In this document: positions 52,179-64,000 of the stretch, in pieces
Layout of the letters: each line of letters starts with the position of its first letter
How positions within the stretch are numbered: position 1 is the stretch's first letter
Source: an uncultured Actinomycetes bacterium
GTDB taxonomy: Bacteria; Actinomycetota; Actinomycetes; S36-B12; UBA10799
DNA: 64,000 nt
Direction of reading: 5' to 3'
NCBI GenBank assembly: GCA_946803585.1
Contig: CAMPEQ010000008.1
Coordinates: 284,053-348,052, forward strand
Program-made: the position numbers and the translations under genes
Notes under the pieces: generated by a model
The model's database searches: none
Told to the model about the DNA's origin: nothing
What the model saw: the letters and a program-made list of their open reading frames with translations, nothing else

Positions 52179-53119
52179 ACGGCGTGAAGATCCTGTCCGT
52201 CGCAGCACAACGGCCAGCTGCGATCGTTTCAAATAACGAAATGATCGGGGATCTTGATACCGACGATGCCTGGATCCAGGCACGGACGGGTATCCGTACC
52301 CGGGGGGTGGCAAACGATGAAGAAACCCTTCTCGAGATGTCAACCGGCGCGGCAAGTAAGGCAATAGCGGCCGCGGGGATCGACCCTGCATCGATCGACT
52401 TGACGATTGTGGCTACGTCATCGAATCCGATCGTGACTCCTGGAATCGCTCCACCTATGACAGCCCGGCTCGGTGTCTCGTCCGGCGCCTTTGACGTGAT
52501 GGCTGCCTGCGCTGGATTCTGTTACAGCCTCAATATCGCCGCTGACGCGATCCGCACTGGCTCGGCGCGCAATGTGCTACTTGTCGGCGCCGAGCGCATC
52601 ACGGATCGAATGGATCCGACTGACCGAAACACCGCCTTCCTCTTCGGAGATGGCGCCGGAGCAGTCGTCGTGTCGGCAACCGACTTGGCCAATGACGGGG
52701 TTGGCCCGGTCGTGTGGGGAAGCGATGGCAACCTCGCTGACTACATTCACGTCCCCGTCGGCGAGAAGTACCTGCACATGGATGGCCAAGGTGTCTTCAA
52801 GTGGGCAATCACCAAAGTTGCCGACATCGCCCGTGAGGCTTGCGAGAAGGCCGGAATCGCACCGAACGAACTCGCTGCGTTCATTCCACACCAGGCGAAT
52901 CTGCGCATCATTGAGGCACTCGCTCGCAACCTGAAACTCGGCGAGAACACAGTCGTTGCCGATGATGTCCGCTACGCCGGAAACACCTCCGCAGCCAGCG
53001 TGCCGATGGCCCTGACCCGTCTCAAAGAAGAGGGGCGCGTTCAGACCGGAGACCCCGCACTACTCATCGGATTCGGTTCCGGAATGACTTGGGCCTCGCA
53101 AGTAATCCGTTGCCCATAA
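52175..53119 (+). CDS. fabH: Beta-ketoacyl-ACP synthase III
   Basis: Cys-His-Asn triad AACAGF, PHQAN, GNTSAAS. Confidence 0.95.
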   Translation: MNGVKILSVAAQRPAAIVSNNEMIGDLDTDDAWIQARTGIRTRGVANDEETLLEMSTGAASKAIAAAGIDPASIDLTIVATSSNPIVTPGIAPPMTARLGVSSGAFDVMAACAGFCYSLNIAADAIRTGSARNVLLVGAERITDRMDPTDRNTAFLFGDGAGAVVVSATDLANDGVGPVVWGSDGNLADYIHVPVGEKYLHMDGQGVFKWAITKVADIAREACEKAGIAPNELAAFIPHQANLRIIEALARNLKLGENTVVADDVRYAGNTSAASVPMALTRLKEEGRVQTGDPALLIGFGSGMTWASQVIRCP

Positions 53120-53213
53120 GAAGTACCTGAAAGACCTCAGTACCTCTCCACCTCAGTACGTCGAACACCCATCACACAACCGTCGAATCCTCGACACAAC
53201 CTTTGGAGAAAGA

Positions 53214-53489
53214 ATGACAGAGCTCAACCTCACCGATAGCGCAACAGTTCTGAGCGCCATGACGGAAATCATTGAGGAGATCGCCGGGCCCCGCCCAGCA
53301 GCGATCACCCGCGACGCCACATTTGATGGCACCTTGGGCGTGGACTCCCTGACGATGGTCGAGATTATCGTCGTCGCCGAAGAGCGCTTCGATATCAAGA
53401 TCCCCGATTCCGCCTTCGCCGATATGACGACCGTTGGCGAGGCAGTGGACTACATCACCGAGTCTGTGAGCGCAAAGGCTTCCGCGTGA
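53214..53489 (+). CDS. acpP: Acyl carrier protein
   Basis: LGVDSLTMVEI phosphopantetheine motif. Confidence 0.93.
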   Translation: MTELNLTDSATVLSAMTEIIEEIAGPRPAAITRDATFDGTLGVDSLTMVEIIVVAEERFDIKIPDSAFADMTTVGEAVDYITESVSAKASA

Positions 53490-54733
53490 CCGTGGCCCAC
53501 GAGGCGGTGGTCGTGACCGGAATTGGCGCCACGACCCCGCTCGGCGGAACTGCGGAATCTAGCTGGCAGAACTTGCTAGCAGGTGACTCCGGAATCATCA
53601 GGATCTCTGACGAGTGGGCCGATGACCTACCCGTGAGAATCGCCGGGGTTGCTGCGGTCGATCCGGCCGGATTGATCGACCGGGTTCAAGCACGGCGTTG
53701 GGACCGCTCCCAACAACTCGCTGTCGTCTCCGCCAGGGAGGCCTGGGCTGATGCCAATGCCAGTGGGGAAGTCGATCCCGAGCGCCTCGCGGTGGCAGTC
53801 GCCTCGGGCATCGGCGGGGTACAGACTCTGCTGGGGTCCTACGACACTCTGAATGACCGCGGGCCAAGCCGAGTCTCACCTTTGGCCGTCACCATGCTGA
53901 TGCCAAATGGGCCAGCTGCTGCGGTTGGGCTCGATATCGGGGCGCAAGCAGGAGTCCACACCCCCGTGAGCGCCTGCGCTTCTGGATCAGAGGCGGTCTC
54001 ACTTGGACTGGACCTCATCCGCCTTGGCCGGGCTGACGTCGTCTTATGTGGTGGAACCGAGGCAGGTATCCACCCATTGACCATCGCGGGCTTTGCTGCG
54101 ATGCGCGCGTTGTCGACCCGCAATGATGAACCGCAAGCAGCCTCGCGCCCCTACGACAAGGGACGCGATGGATTTGTGATGGGTGAGGGAGCCGGGGCAC
54201 TCGTACTCGAGCGGCGCAGCCACGCCGTCGCACGAGGCGCAAAGATCTATGCCGAAGTCGCCGGAGCAGGAATAACCTCCGATGCCTTCCACGTCGCCGC
54301 CCCCGACCCAGCGGGCCGCGGTGCCAGTCGGGCCATCACCCTTGCCCTACGCGAAGCCCAAGCCACCCCCACTGATGTCGTGCATCTCAATGCGCACGCA
54401 ACAAGCACACCAGTGGGCGATATCGCTGAGTCGATTGCCATCCACGATGCGATCGGCCCATCGGCCACCGATATTGCTGTGAGCGCCACCAAGGCCGCGA
54501 CCGGCCACCTACTCGGGGGCGCAGGAGCGATCGAAGCGGTGTTCACAGTGCTCGCCCTGAAGAACGGAATGGCTCCGCCAACGCGAAACCTGGACTCCCA
54601 AGACGACGAGATCAATCTCGATGTGGTCCAGATCGAGGGGCGATCGATTGATCCAACTGGAGTCGCGCTGAGTACGTCATTCGGATTCGGCGGACATAAC
54701 GTCGCCCTGGCCTTTCGCGGAGATCGCGGATGA
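53486..54733 (+). CDS. fabF: Beta-ketoacyl-ACP synthase II
   Basis: SACASG, NAHATST, GHLLG, SFGFGGHN. Confidence 0.95.
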   Translation: MTVAHEAVVVTGIGATTPLGGTAESSWQNLLAGDSGIIRISDEWADDLPVRIAGVAAVDPAGLIDRVQARRWDRSQQLAVVSAREAWADANASGEVDPERLAVAVASGIGGVQTLLGSYDTLNDRGPSRVSPLAVTMLMPNGPAAAVGLDIGAQAGVHTPVSACASGSEAVSLGLDLIRLGRADVVLCGGTEAGIHPLTIAGFAAMRALSTRNDEPQAASRPYDKGRDGFVMGEGAGALVLERRSHAVARGAKIYAEVAGAGITSDAFHVAAPDPAGRGASRAITLALREAQATPTDVVHLNAHATSTPVGDIAESIAIHDAIGPSATDIAVSATKAATGHLLGGAGAIEAVFTVLALKNGMAPPTRNLDSQDDEINLDVVQIEGRSIDPTGVALSTSFGFGGHNVALAFRGDRG

Positions 54734-56214
54734 GTGTTACTGCGCCGTCATTGGCTGAGCTCACCGGAAAGCCAGGGGCGCAGGCGATCAATCCGGTTGG
54801 TACCCCTGCCGAGCGGGACACGCACGCTAGCGATATCGACATCATTGATCTGCGTGATCCCCGCGAACGTTTGCGCCAACTGTGCGACCAACGCAGCGTC
54901 GAGATCCTCCAGGACAGCGACGGGGTCGTGAGCGGTATCGGTCGACTCGCGGGGACTGAATGCGTCGTATTCGCCACCGACCCTCGCCGGTCGGGCGGCG
55001 CGCTGGGCCGTGCTGGCTGCGACAGCATCGTCGCCGCATACCAGGTCGCTCTACTTCGAGACTTTCCCATCGTTGGTATCTGGCAGTCCGGTGGAGCACG
55101 ACTACCGGAAGGCGCGGCTAGCCTCGACGCTGTCGGCTCCGTGTTTGCCGCAATGACAACCGCGAGCGGTGTCGTCCCGCAGGTCAGCGTTGTGCTCGGG
55201 GCAGCCGCCGGCGGCGCCGCTTACGGGCCAGCCCTAACCGATGTGGTGATCACTGGTCCCGGATCGCGGGTCTTCGTCACCGGACCGGACATCGTTAACC
55301 GAGTCACCGGCGAGGTAATCGACGCCGAGTCCCTCGGTGGCCCTCACGTCCATGCCAAGTCCTCCGGACTGTCCCATGTACGAGCAGGTAGTGATACGCA
55401 GGCGTTTGCCCAGGCACGCGACGTCGTCGCGCTCTTGGGGTCAGGCCCACATGAACCGGCGGAACCAGCTACCTCGCGTGGCAATCCCGGCGACTTCCTC
55501 CCGGCGAACACCCGGCGGGCCTACGACGTTCGCCCGATCATCACCACCTTGCTCGATACAGCCCCCACCGAACTGCAGCGCGAATGGGCGCCCAATGTAG
55601 TGACCGCTCTGGGCCGAATTGGTGGTCGCGCAGTCGGGGTAATCGCGAACAACCCGATCAGGATGGGTGGCTGTCTGACGGCGAATGCTTCGGAGAAGGC
55701 TGCCAGATTTGTGCGACTCTGCGATTCCTTCGGCTTACCTCTAGTCGTCATCGTTGACGTTCCGGGCTACCTACCAGGTAGCAAACAAGAGACCGGCGGA
55801 ATCGTACGTCGCGGTGCCAAGCTCTTGCACGCCTTCGCTGCCGCCAGTGTTCCGCGCTTCACCGTAATCACCCATAAGGCCTTCGGCGGCGCCTACATCG
55901 CGATGAACAGTCGCTCGCTCGGTGCAACCAAAGTACTCGCCTGGCCGAGTGCAGTCGTCGATGTGATGAGTGCCCAGGCGGCCGTGCAAATCACCCGCCG
56001 ACGCGATATCGCCAGTACCCCGGAGCACGAACGCGACGCCGCCGTGGAGGCATTCGCTGCAGAACACGGCGAACTCACCGGTGGGCTAGATCGAGCTGTC
56101 GGTGAAGGTCTCATCGATCAGGTCATCGACCCGGCGAATACGCGGTCGTCACTGATCACCCTCATCCAAGGATCGTCCGCTACCCGATCAAGGAAGAAGA
56201 ACATCCCGCTATGA
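54730..56214 (+). CDS. Acyl-CoA carboxylase carboxyltransferase subunit (AccD6-like)
   Basis: SGGARL, AGGAAYGPALTD, DVPGYLPG, C-terminal KNIPL. Confidence 0.92.
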   Translation: MSVTAPSLAELTGKPGAQAINPVGTPAERDTHASDIDIIDLRDPRERLRQLCDQRSVEILQDSDGVVSGIGRLAGTECVVFATDPRRSGGALGRAGCDSIVAAYQVALLRDFPIVGIWQSGGARLPEGAASLDAVGSVFAAMTTASGVVPQVSVVLGAAAGGAAYGPALTDVVITGPGSRVFVTGPDIVNRVTGEVIDAESLGGPHVHAKSSGLSHVRAGSDTQAFAQARDVVALLGSGPHEPAEPATSRGNPGDFLPANTRRAYDVRPIITTLLDTAPTELQREWAPNVVTALGRIGGRAVGVIANNPIRMGGCLTANASEKAARFVRLCDSFGLPLVVIVDVPGYLPGSKQETGGIVRRGAKLLHAFAAASVPRFTVITHKAFGGAYIAMNSRSLGATKVLAWPSAVVDVMSAQAAVQITRRRDIASTPEHERDAAVEAFAAEHGELTGGLDRAVGEGLIDQVIDPANTRSSLITLIQGSSATRSRKKNIPL

Positions 56215-57056
56215 ACCAGACCCAGATCTACTCATTCACCGACGGTCTTGGAATCGAAGGCGACTCGGCGGCGGCTAGCGAAGGCGGCGGTCTACCCCAC
56301 AACACCACCCTCGATCACACGCTCGATCAGCATCGACCGGAGGAACCAACTCAACGCTCAGTTCTCGTCACTGGTGGAAGTCGAGGAATCGGCGCCGCCG
56401 TGGCTGCACAGTTCGTCAGCTCGGGTCACCGGGTAGCGAACCTCTCACGATCCGGCTCCTGTGCGGCGGGTGCGGGGACAGCGATTGGCTGCGATGTATC
56501 TGATAACGAGAGCGTTCAGCTTGCGGTCAAACAAGCCGCCGCGGACAACGGAGCGGTAGAGGTTCTTGTCGCCAATGCCGGAGTTACTGACGACAAGCTG
56601 ATGCTGCGAATGGACGAGCACTCATTTACCAACGTGCTTGATACCAACTTGACCGGAACCTACCGCCTCGTGAAAGCCGTGGCCGGCCCGATGTTGCGCA
56701 ACCGCTGGGGCCGGATCATCTTCGTCTCAAGTGTGGTCGCGATGAGCGGGTCAGCCGGCCAGGCGAATTACGCAGCGAGTAAGGCCGGTCTGATCGGGCT
56801 GGCCCGATCCCTCGCCCGCGAGTTCGGGCCTCGCGGGGTGACCTGCAACGTCATTGCCCCGGGATTCATTGACACGGATATGACTGCCGCCCTCGGCGAC
56901 GACCGCCGTAGCGAAGTGCTGGACAGTATTCCGCTAAATCGGATCGGCACCGTTGAAGACATCGCGGCCACCATCGCATTCCTTACCAGCGATGCCGGCG
57001 GCTACATCACCGGAGCGGTCATCCCGGTTGACGGCGGCTTGGGGATGGGTAACTAG
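56211..57056 (+). CDS. fabG: 3-oxoacyl-ACP reductase
   Basis: TGGSRGIG, ANAG, NYAASK, VDGGLGMG; upstream of fabI. Confidence 0.92.
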   Translation: MNQTQIYSFTDGLGIEGDSAAASEGGGLPHNTTLDHTLDQHRPEEPTQRSVLVTGGSRGIGAAVAAQFVSSGHRVANLSRSGSCAAGAGTAIGCDVSDNESVQLAVKQAAADNGAVEVLVANAGVTDDKLMLRMDEHSFTNVLDTNLTGTYRLVKAVAGPMLRNRWGRIIFVSSVVAMSGSAGQANYAASKAGLIGLARSLAREFGPRGVTCNVIAPGFIDTDMTAALGDDRRSEVLDSIPLNRIGTVEDIAATIAFLTSDAGGYITGAVIPVDGGLGMGN

Positions 57057-57127
57057 AACGCCGACCCTATCTCGCGCGACAACCCCGTACGACCAGTAGA
57101 CGAGTAACAGATCGACAAGGAGCAGAA

Positions 57128-57946
57128 GTGACTATCACCGCAGAAGTAGGTACCGACCCCAACACGGCCGCGGCCCCGACCGGGATCGTGGCCGGCAAGC
57201 GGCTACTCATCACTGGCGTTCTCACCCAAAGCAGTATCGCCTTCACTGTCGCCCGAATCGCCCAGGAACAGGGTGCACAGATCGTCCTGACTAGCCCAGA
57301 GCGCACATTGTCACTTACTCGACGGATTGCCAACCGTCTCCCGCAACCAGTTGAGGTGCTTGCGCTCGACGTCACGAATGAGGGCGAGCTTGAGTCCCTC
57401 GATGGTCGCGTCGGCGAGCACCTCGATGGCGTCGACGGGATTCTGCATGCGATCGGGTTCGCTCCAGAAAGCACCCTTGGCGGTGGATTCATGACCGCGC
57501 CCTGGACCGATGTGGCCACCGCTATGCATGTCTCGACCTACAGCTTGGTCTCGCTTACCCGAGCTCTGTCTCCGAGTCTGGCGGGAAATGCCAGCGTTGT
57601 CGGGTTGGACTTCGATGCCTCCCTAGCTTGGCCAAGCTACGACTGGATGGGCGTAGCCAAAGCCGCTCTCGAGTCGGCGTCGCGCTACCTCGCCAAAGAA
57701 CTCGGTCCACAGGGTGTGCGGGTGAACTTAGTGTCGGCGGGTCCGCTGCGCACCATGGCAGCGCGCTCCATTGAGGGCTTCAGCGAGTTTGAGGATGTCT
57801 GGGATACCCGGGCACCGCTGGGCTGGGATATCAACGACGCCGAACCCACGGCGCGCGCGGTGCTAGCGCTACTCTCGGACTGGTTCCCGGCTACCACCGG
57901 CGAGATCATCCACGTCGACGGTGGCGTGCACGCCGTCGGCGCGTGA
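57128..57946 (+). CDS. fabI: Enoyl-ACP reductase (InhA-like)
   Basis: ITGVLTQSSIAF, YDWMGVAK, AGPLRT, VDGGVH. Confidence 0.95.
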   Translation: MTITAEVGTDPNTAAAPTGIVAGKRLLITGVLTQSSIAFTVARIAQEQGAQIVLTSPERTLSLTRRIANRLPQPVEVLALDVTNEGELESLDGRVGEHLDGVDGILHAIGFAPESTLGGGFMTAPWTDVATAMHVSTYSLVSLTRALSPSLAGNASVVGLDFDASLAWPSYDWMGVAKAALESASRYLAKELGPQGVRVNLVSAGPLRTMAARSIEGFSEFEDVWDTRAPLGWDINDAEPTARAVLALLSDWFPATTGEIIHVDGGVHAVGA

Positions 57947-58755
57947 GTAGCGCGGCAGCAACCGCTGCCCGACCGACGACGATACAAAGTGGGCGCGTGG
58001 GCGGTGTCGAGTTCTTTGCCTATGGCGAGGGTGACCCTGTCACCGTCTTTGCCCACGGACTTGCCGGATCAGTATCGGAGACCAAACCGCTAGCGATGCC
58101 ACTATCTGGTACCCGCGTACTACTGAACTTTCACGGTCACGGCGGTTCCGATCCCCTTGATCGCGGCTGGGACTACGAGCTACTCGCCGCTAATCTGAAG
58201 GCCGTCGCCGATCATGTGGGGGCAACCCGGGCTTGCGGTTTGTCATTGGGGGCCGGCGCCCTGATGCGACTCCTCACTGCCGAACCAGGCCGTTTCGACC
58301 GGCTTGCGTTCGTAATGCCTGCCGCTCTCAATATCCCGCGAACTGATGGTGCAACGCAGCGTCTGACCGATCTAGGCGCTGCAATCAGGGATTGCGATCG
58401 AGACAGACTGACCGCAATCCTGCTGACGGAGATTCCTGAGAATCTGCGTGATCTGCGGGTGACTCGAATGGTCCTTGCTCGTCGCGCCGCCGAGCTTGCA
58501 GCAATGGCACCCCCGGCACCGTCGAAACAGGACGTGCCGGTGCCTGACCTATCAGCGCTGACCCTCGTACAAACGCCAGCTCTCGTCCTTGCCCAGCGGG
58601 AAGACAGACTGCATTCGACGGCAATTGCACGCGATCTAGCAGACGCACTTCCGAATGCAACCCTGCGAATTCTAGATCCAGGCGGCGTCTTCTGGAGCCA
58701 ACCAGAACGGACCCGCGCTCTGTTAGAGCAGCACCTTGTGGCTCCCGCAGGCTAG
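57943..58755 (+). CDS. Alpha/beta-fold hydrolase
   Basis: AHGL oxyanion motif, HGHG.S, GLSLG nucleophile elbow; GTGA overlap with fabI. Confidence 0.8.
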   Translation: MSSAAATAARPTTIQSGRVGGVEFFAYGEGDPVTVFAHGLAGSVSETKPLAMPLSGTRVLLNFHGHGGSDPLDRGWDYELLAANLKAVADHVGATRACGLSLGAGALMRLLTAEPGRFDRLAFVMPAALNIPRTDGATQRLTDLGAAIRDCDRDRLTAILLTEIPENLRDLRVTRMVLARRAAELAAMAPPAPSKQDVPVPDLSALTLVQTPALVLAQREDRLHSTAIARDLADALPNATLRILDPGGVFWSQPERTRALLEQHLVAPAG

Positions 58756-58765
58756 CGAGCCCAGA

Positions 58766-59698
58766 TCATTCGGCTAGTGACCAAGCAATGCCGTCGAGGA
58801 TGTCGTGCTCGCTGACGAGCACAAACGGGAACTCCGTGGATGCCAGGATCCGGTCCAAGACGAGCGCTCCTCCACCAATGACGTCGACTCGTCCCGGGTG
58901 CATCACTGACAACTCGGCCCGCCCATCGGTCGTCATTGCAAGAAGGGCATTCGTGATGTCGAAGACGTCTGCGGCTGACAACTCCGATCCATGGATACGC
59001 TCAGAGTCGTACTCGGGAAGCTCTAGGGCGAGGGCAGCAAGTGTCGTGACCGACCCCGCCAGGCCGACTATGAGTGCCGCGGCCTGGAGATCGACGACCT
59101 CGTCGGCAGCCTGGATTGCGGCATCAATATCCTCGATCGCTAACCCTATCTGCTCATTAGTCGGGGGGTTGGCGAGCAGTCTGCGCTCGGTCATCCGGAC
59201 GCACCCAATGTCGACACTCTTGGCAGCGAGGACTCCGTCGGCGATCGAGCCACGGACGAACTCGGTCGACCCGCCCCCGATATCAACGACAAGTACTTGC
59301 CTGTCTCCCACAACCTGGCCGAGGGAGCGCACGGCCCCCGTGAACGACAGCGAGGCCTCCTCGTCGCCAGAGATTACGTCTGGTTCTACTCCGAGCCGCG
59401 CTGCAACTCCGGCAACGAACTCCGCACGATTGGACACGTCCCTACTCGCCGATGTCGCAACGAATCGCACTGCCTGCACATCAGCTGCCGCGATTGCCGA
59501 AGCGTAGTCATCGCACGCGGCAAAGGTCCGGTCCAGAGCCGCCTGCGCGAAGCAACCTGTCCGATCGACGCCCTCGCCGAGGCGAACGATCGTCATCTGC
59601 CGGTGAACATCGGTCAGGGTGCCAGCGGCGGTATCAACATCGGCGATCAGCAGCCGGATTGAGTTCGTTCCGCAGTCGATCCCTGCAACTCGCGTCAT
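58766..59698 (-). CDS. ppx: Ppx/GppA exopolyphosphatase
   Basis: IDCGTNSIRL, ATSASRD, DIGGGSTE, DILDG. Confidence 0.93.
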   Translation of the reverse strand: MTRVAGIDCGTNSIRLLIADVDTAAGTLTDVHRQMTIVRLGEGVDRTGCFAQAALDRTFAACDDYASAIAAADVQAVRFVATSASRDVSNRAEFVAGVAARLGVEPDVISGDEEASLSFTGAVRSLGQVVGDRQVLVVDIGGGSTEFVRGSIADGVLAAKSVDIGCVRMTERRLLANPPTNEQIGLAIEDIDAAIQAADEVVDLQAAALIVGLAGSVTTLAALALELPEYDSERIHGSELSAADVFDITNALLAMTTDGRAELSVMHPGRVDVIGGGALVLDRILASTEFPFVLVSEHDILDGIAWSLAE

Positions 59699-60240
59699 CC
59701 GTTCGCTCCCGCATTGTCGGTATCCACATCAACGCACTGGCCTGAGTGCGGCCACACTCCCCGACGTGTTACTTCCGCGAGGGCGATGTCGCCGACCGGG
59801 TTCACTCCCGGCCCAGCAGCCAACGAGTGCGCAACTAGGGCGTGCAGACACTTGACTCGCGTTGGCATACCGCCAGCCGAGTAGTCGTCAATCTCCTCAA
59901 CATGGCCAACTGCCTCGCGGGCGGAAAGATAGCTCTGGTGGGCGGCGGCATACTCGGCGGCGAACTGCTCATCAGTAGTCAAGCGCTGCGCCAGCTGCCG
60001 CATGAGGCCCTCGGATTCCAATGTCGATAGTGCCGCATTCAATCGCCGACAAGATAGGTAGTAGAAGGTCGGGAACGGCGTTCCGTCAGGCAGCCGTGGA
60101 TCTGTCTCAACGACTGCCGGCCAGCGATCCCCGCACCTGGCGGGGATCGCTCGGGCGCCACGGGGGACTCGCCCGAGTTGCGCGCGAAGTCGCTCCAAGT
60201 CGAGCTCGGCGACTGTCGCGCTAGTTACCGGTTCCGGCAC
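59695..60240 (-). CDS. DUF501 protein
   Basis: QLGRVPRG, PRLPDGTPFPT, GGMPTRVKCLHAL; start uncertain (60240-60339). Confidence 0.88.
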   Translation of the reverse strand: MPEPVTSATVAELDLERLRAQLGRVPRGARAIPARCGDRWPAVVETDPRLPDGTPFPTFYYLSCRRLNAALSTLESEGLMRQLAQRLTTDEQFAAEYAAAHQSYLSAREAVGHVEEIDDYSAGGMPTRVKCLHALVAHSLAAGPGVNPVGDIALAEVTRRGVWPHSGQCVDVDTDNAGANG

Positions 60241-60703
60241 GATCTGCTGCATCCACGCTGTTCCAAAGCCGGTCATACCAGGGACCCTTAGGCGCATCGG
60301 CTTCAACGAGTTGCTGCTCGAGTTTGTTCTCCGAATCATTCGGGTCGATCACCTTGTAGCCCACCTCACCGGGAAGTAAGAAGTGCAGGCGTTCTCTGGC
60401 TTGACCTCGGACATAGTCATCGTTTTCCCACAGATCGACCTGTCGCTGGAGTTCGTCGACGCGTTGTTGCTGCTGGGCAGCTTTTGCCCCTGCTGAGCTG
60501 ATCTCTGAGCGCTGACTGAGGTACTCACGTAACGGAAGCGCCAGCAAGATCACCGCAACCACAGCGATTGTCAGCAGGATCGCAGCGCGACCGGAGACGA
60601 ACGACCTGCGAGCTCCCGCAGTGGAATCTGCCGATGGAGACATCCAGGAGCCACCGGCAGAGTCATCCGCCGGTTCGCGATCTTCCCGGAATCCAAACAT
60701 CAC
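60221..60703 (-). CDS. Septum formation initiator (DivIC/FtsB family)
   Basis: TM segment, coiled coil, YVRGQARERL..LLPGE, PWY; eno-divIC-DUF501-ppx synteny. Confidence 0.88.
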   Translation of the reverse strand: MMFGFREDREPADDSAGGSWMSPSADSTAGARRSFVSGRAAILLTIAVVAVILLALPLREYLSQRSEISSAGAKAAQQQQRVDELQRQVDLWENDDYVRGQARERLHFLLPGEVGYKVIDPNDSENKLEQQLVEADAPKGPWYDRLWNSVDAADRAGTGN

Positions 60704-60714
60704 ACAAGGGTCGC

Positions 60715-63566
<2,852 letters not shown>

Positions 63567-63575
63567 AGGGTAACC

Positions 63576-64000
63576 CTACGGTGCGGCCTCTTCACTCAAA
63601 ATTCGTTCGTTGAGAGCGCGAATAGACTCGCGCAGCGCCGCATCCGCGTCAATTCCGGTGCGGTTGGCCCGATCAATTAGTGCAAGAAACACATCGCCAA
63701 GTTCTTCGGCCGGCTCTGTTGAGGTCAGGTCGGCCATGACTCTGTCGGCGATCCGCTCCGCGCTCGGGCGAGCAACGGATACCGCTACGCCGCCTCGCTG
63801 CGCCCGACGTAGCGTCTTTGCCGCCCGGGCAGGACCAGGCAGGGAGGCGGGAATCCCCTCGGTCACCGAGGTGCGCCCCTTCTCCTTCGCCTTATTGAGC
63901 TGCCACTGCCGCTCAGAGTCCACCGTATCTTCAACATGTCCATCGGCAAATACGTGCGGATGGCGCCTGATCAGCTTGTCGGTGATTCCCGCCGCGACAT
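63576..64000 (-). CDS. mazG: MazG nucleotide pyrophosphohydrolase, 3' part (runs off window)
   Basis: Frame open to the window edge: ITDKLIRRHPHVFAD...W...K.KEK...GIPASLP...EELGD. Confidence 0.9.
   Translation of the reverse strand, partial: VAAGITDKLIRRHPHVFADGHVEDTVDSERQWQLNKAKEKGRTSVTEGIPASLPGPARAAKTLRRAQRGGVAVSVARPSAERIADRVMADLTSTEPAEELGDVFLALIDRANRTGIDADAALRESIRALNERILSEEAAP

Noticed and set aside
53121-53160. CCTCAGTAC / AGTACCT short direct repeats between fabH and acpP
   Set aside because: Only two or three short copies with no structure; likely slippage.

Overview
Core-genome window of a moderately GC-rich actinobacterium (class Actinomycetes, inferred from gene order and protein signatures; genus not determinable). 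It holds the start of the S10 cluster (partial rplB, rplW, rplD, rplC, rpsJ) and the str cluster (tuf, fusA, rpsG, rpsL). A ~24 kb anaerobic-respiration block sits between rpsL and rpoC: narGHJI, two NarK transporters, Moco and molybdate genes with two modA copies, two Cys-triad HTH regulators, DUF2249, YwiC, and a coupled SQR-like flavoprotein plus radical SAM pair. Next come rpoC-rpoB, a DUF222/HNH gene with a perfect LexA box between rplL and rpoB, rplL-rplJ-rplA-rplK-nusG-secE-tRNA-Trp, an aminotransferase and murB. A consolidated FAS-II locus follows (MaoC pair and SDR, divergent from fasR-fabD-fabH-acpP-fabF-accD-fabG-fabI-hydrolase). The window ends with the conserved ppx-DUF501-divIC-eno-mazG block, interrupted by a Tat-lipoprotein related to dimethylformamidase. 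No CRISPR array, integrase or transposase was seen. The best leads are the SQR/radical SAM module inside the nar-Moco block, a 21-codon ORF exactly bridging narG and narH, a motif shared by the two divergent Moco promoters, an apparent non-canonical start for fasR, and the SOS-linked HNH gene upstream of rpoB. All family calls come from motif recognition by eye, not database searches.
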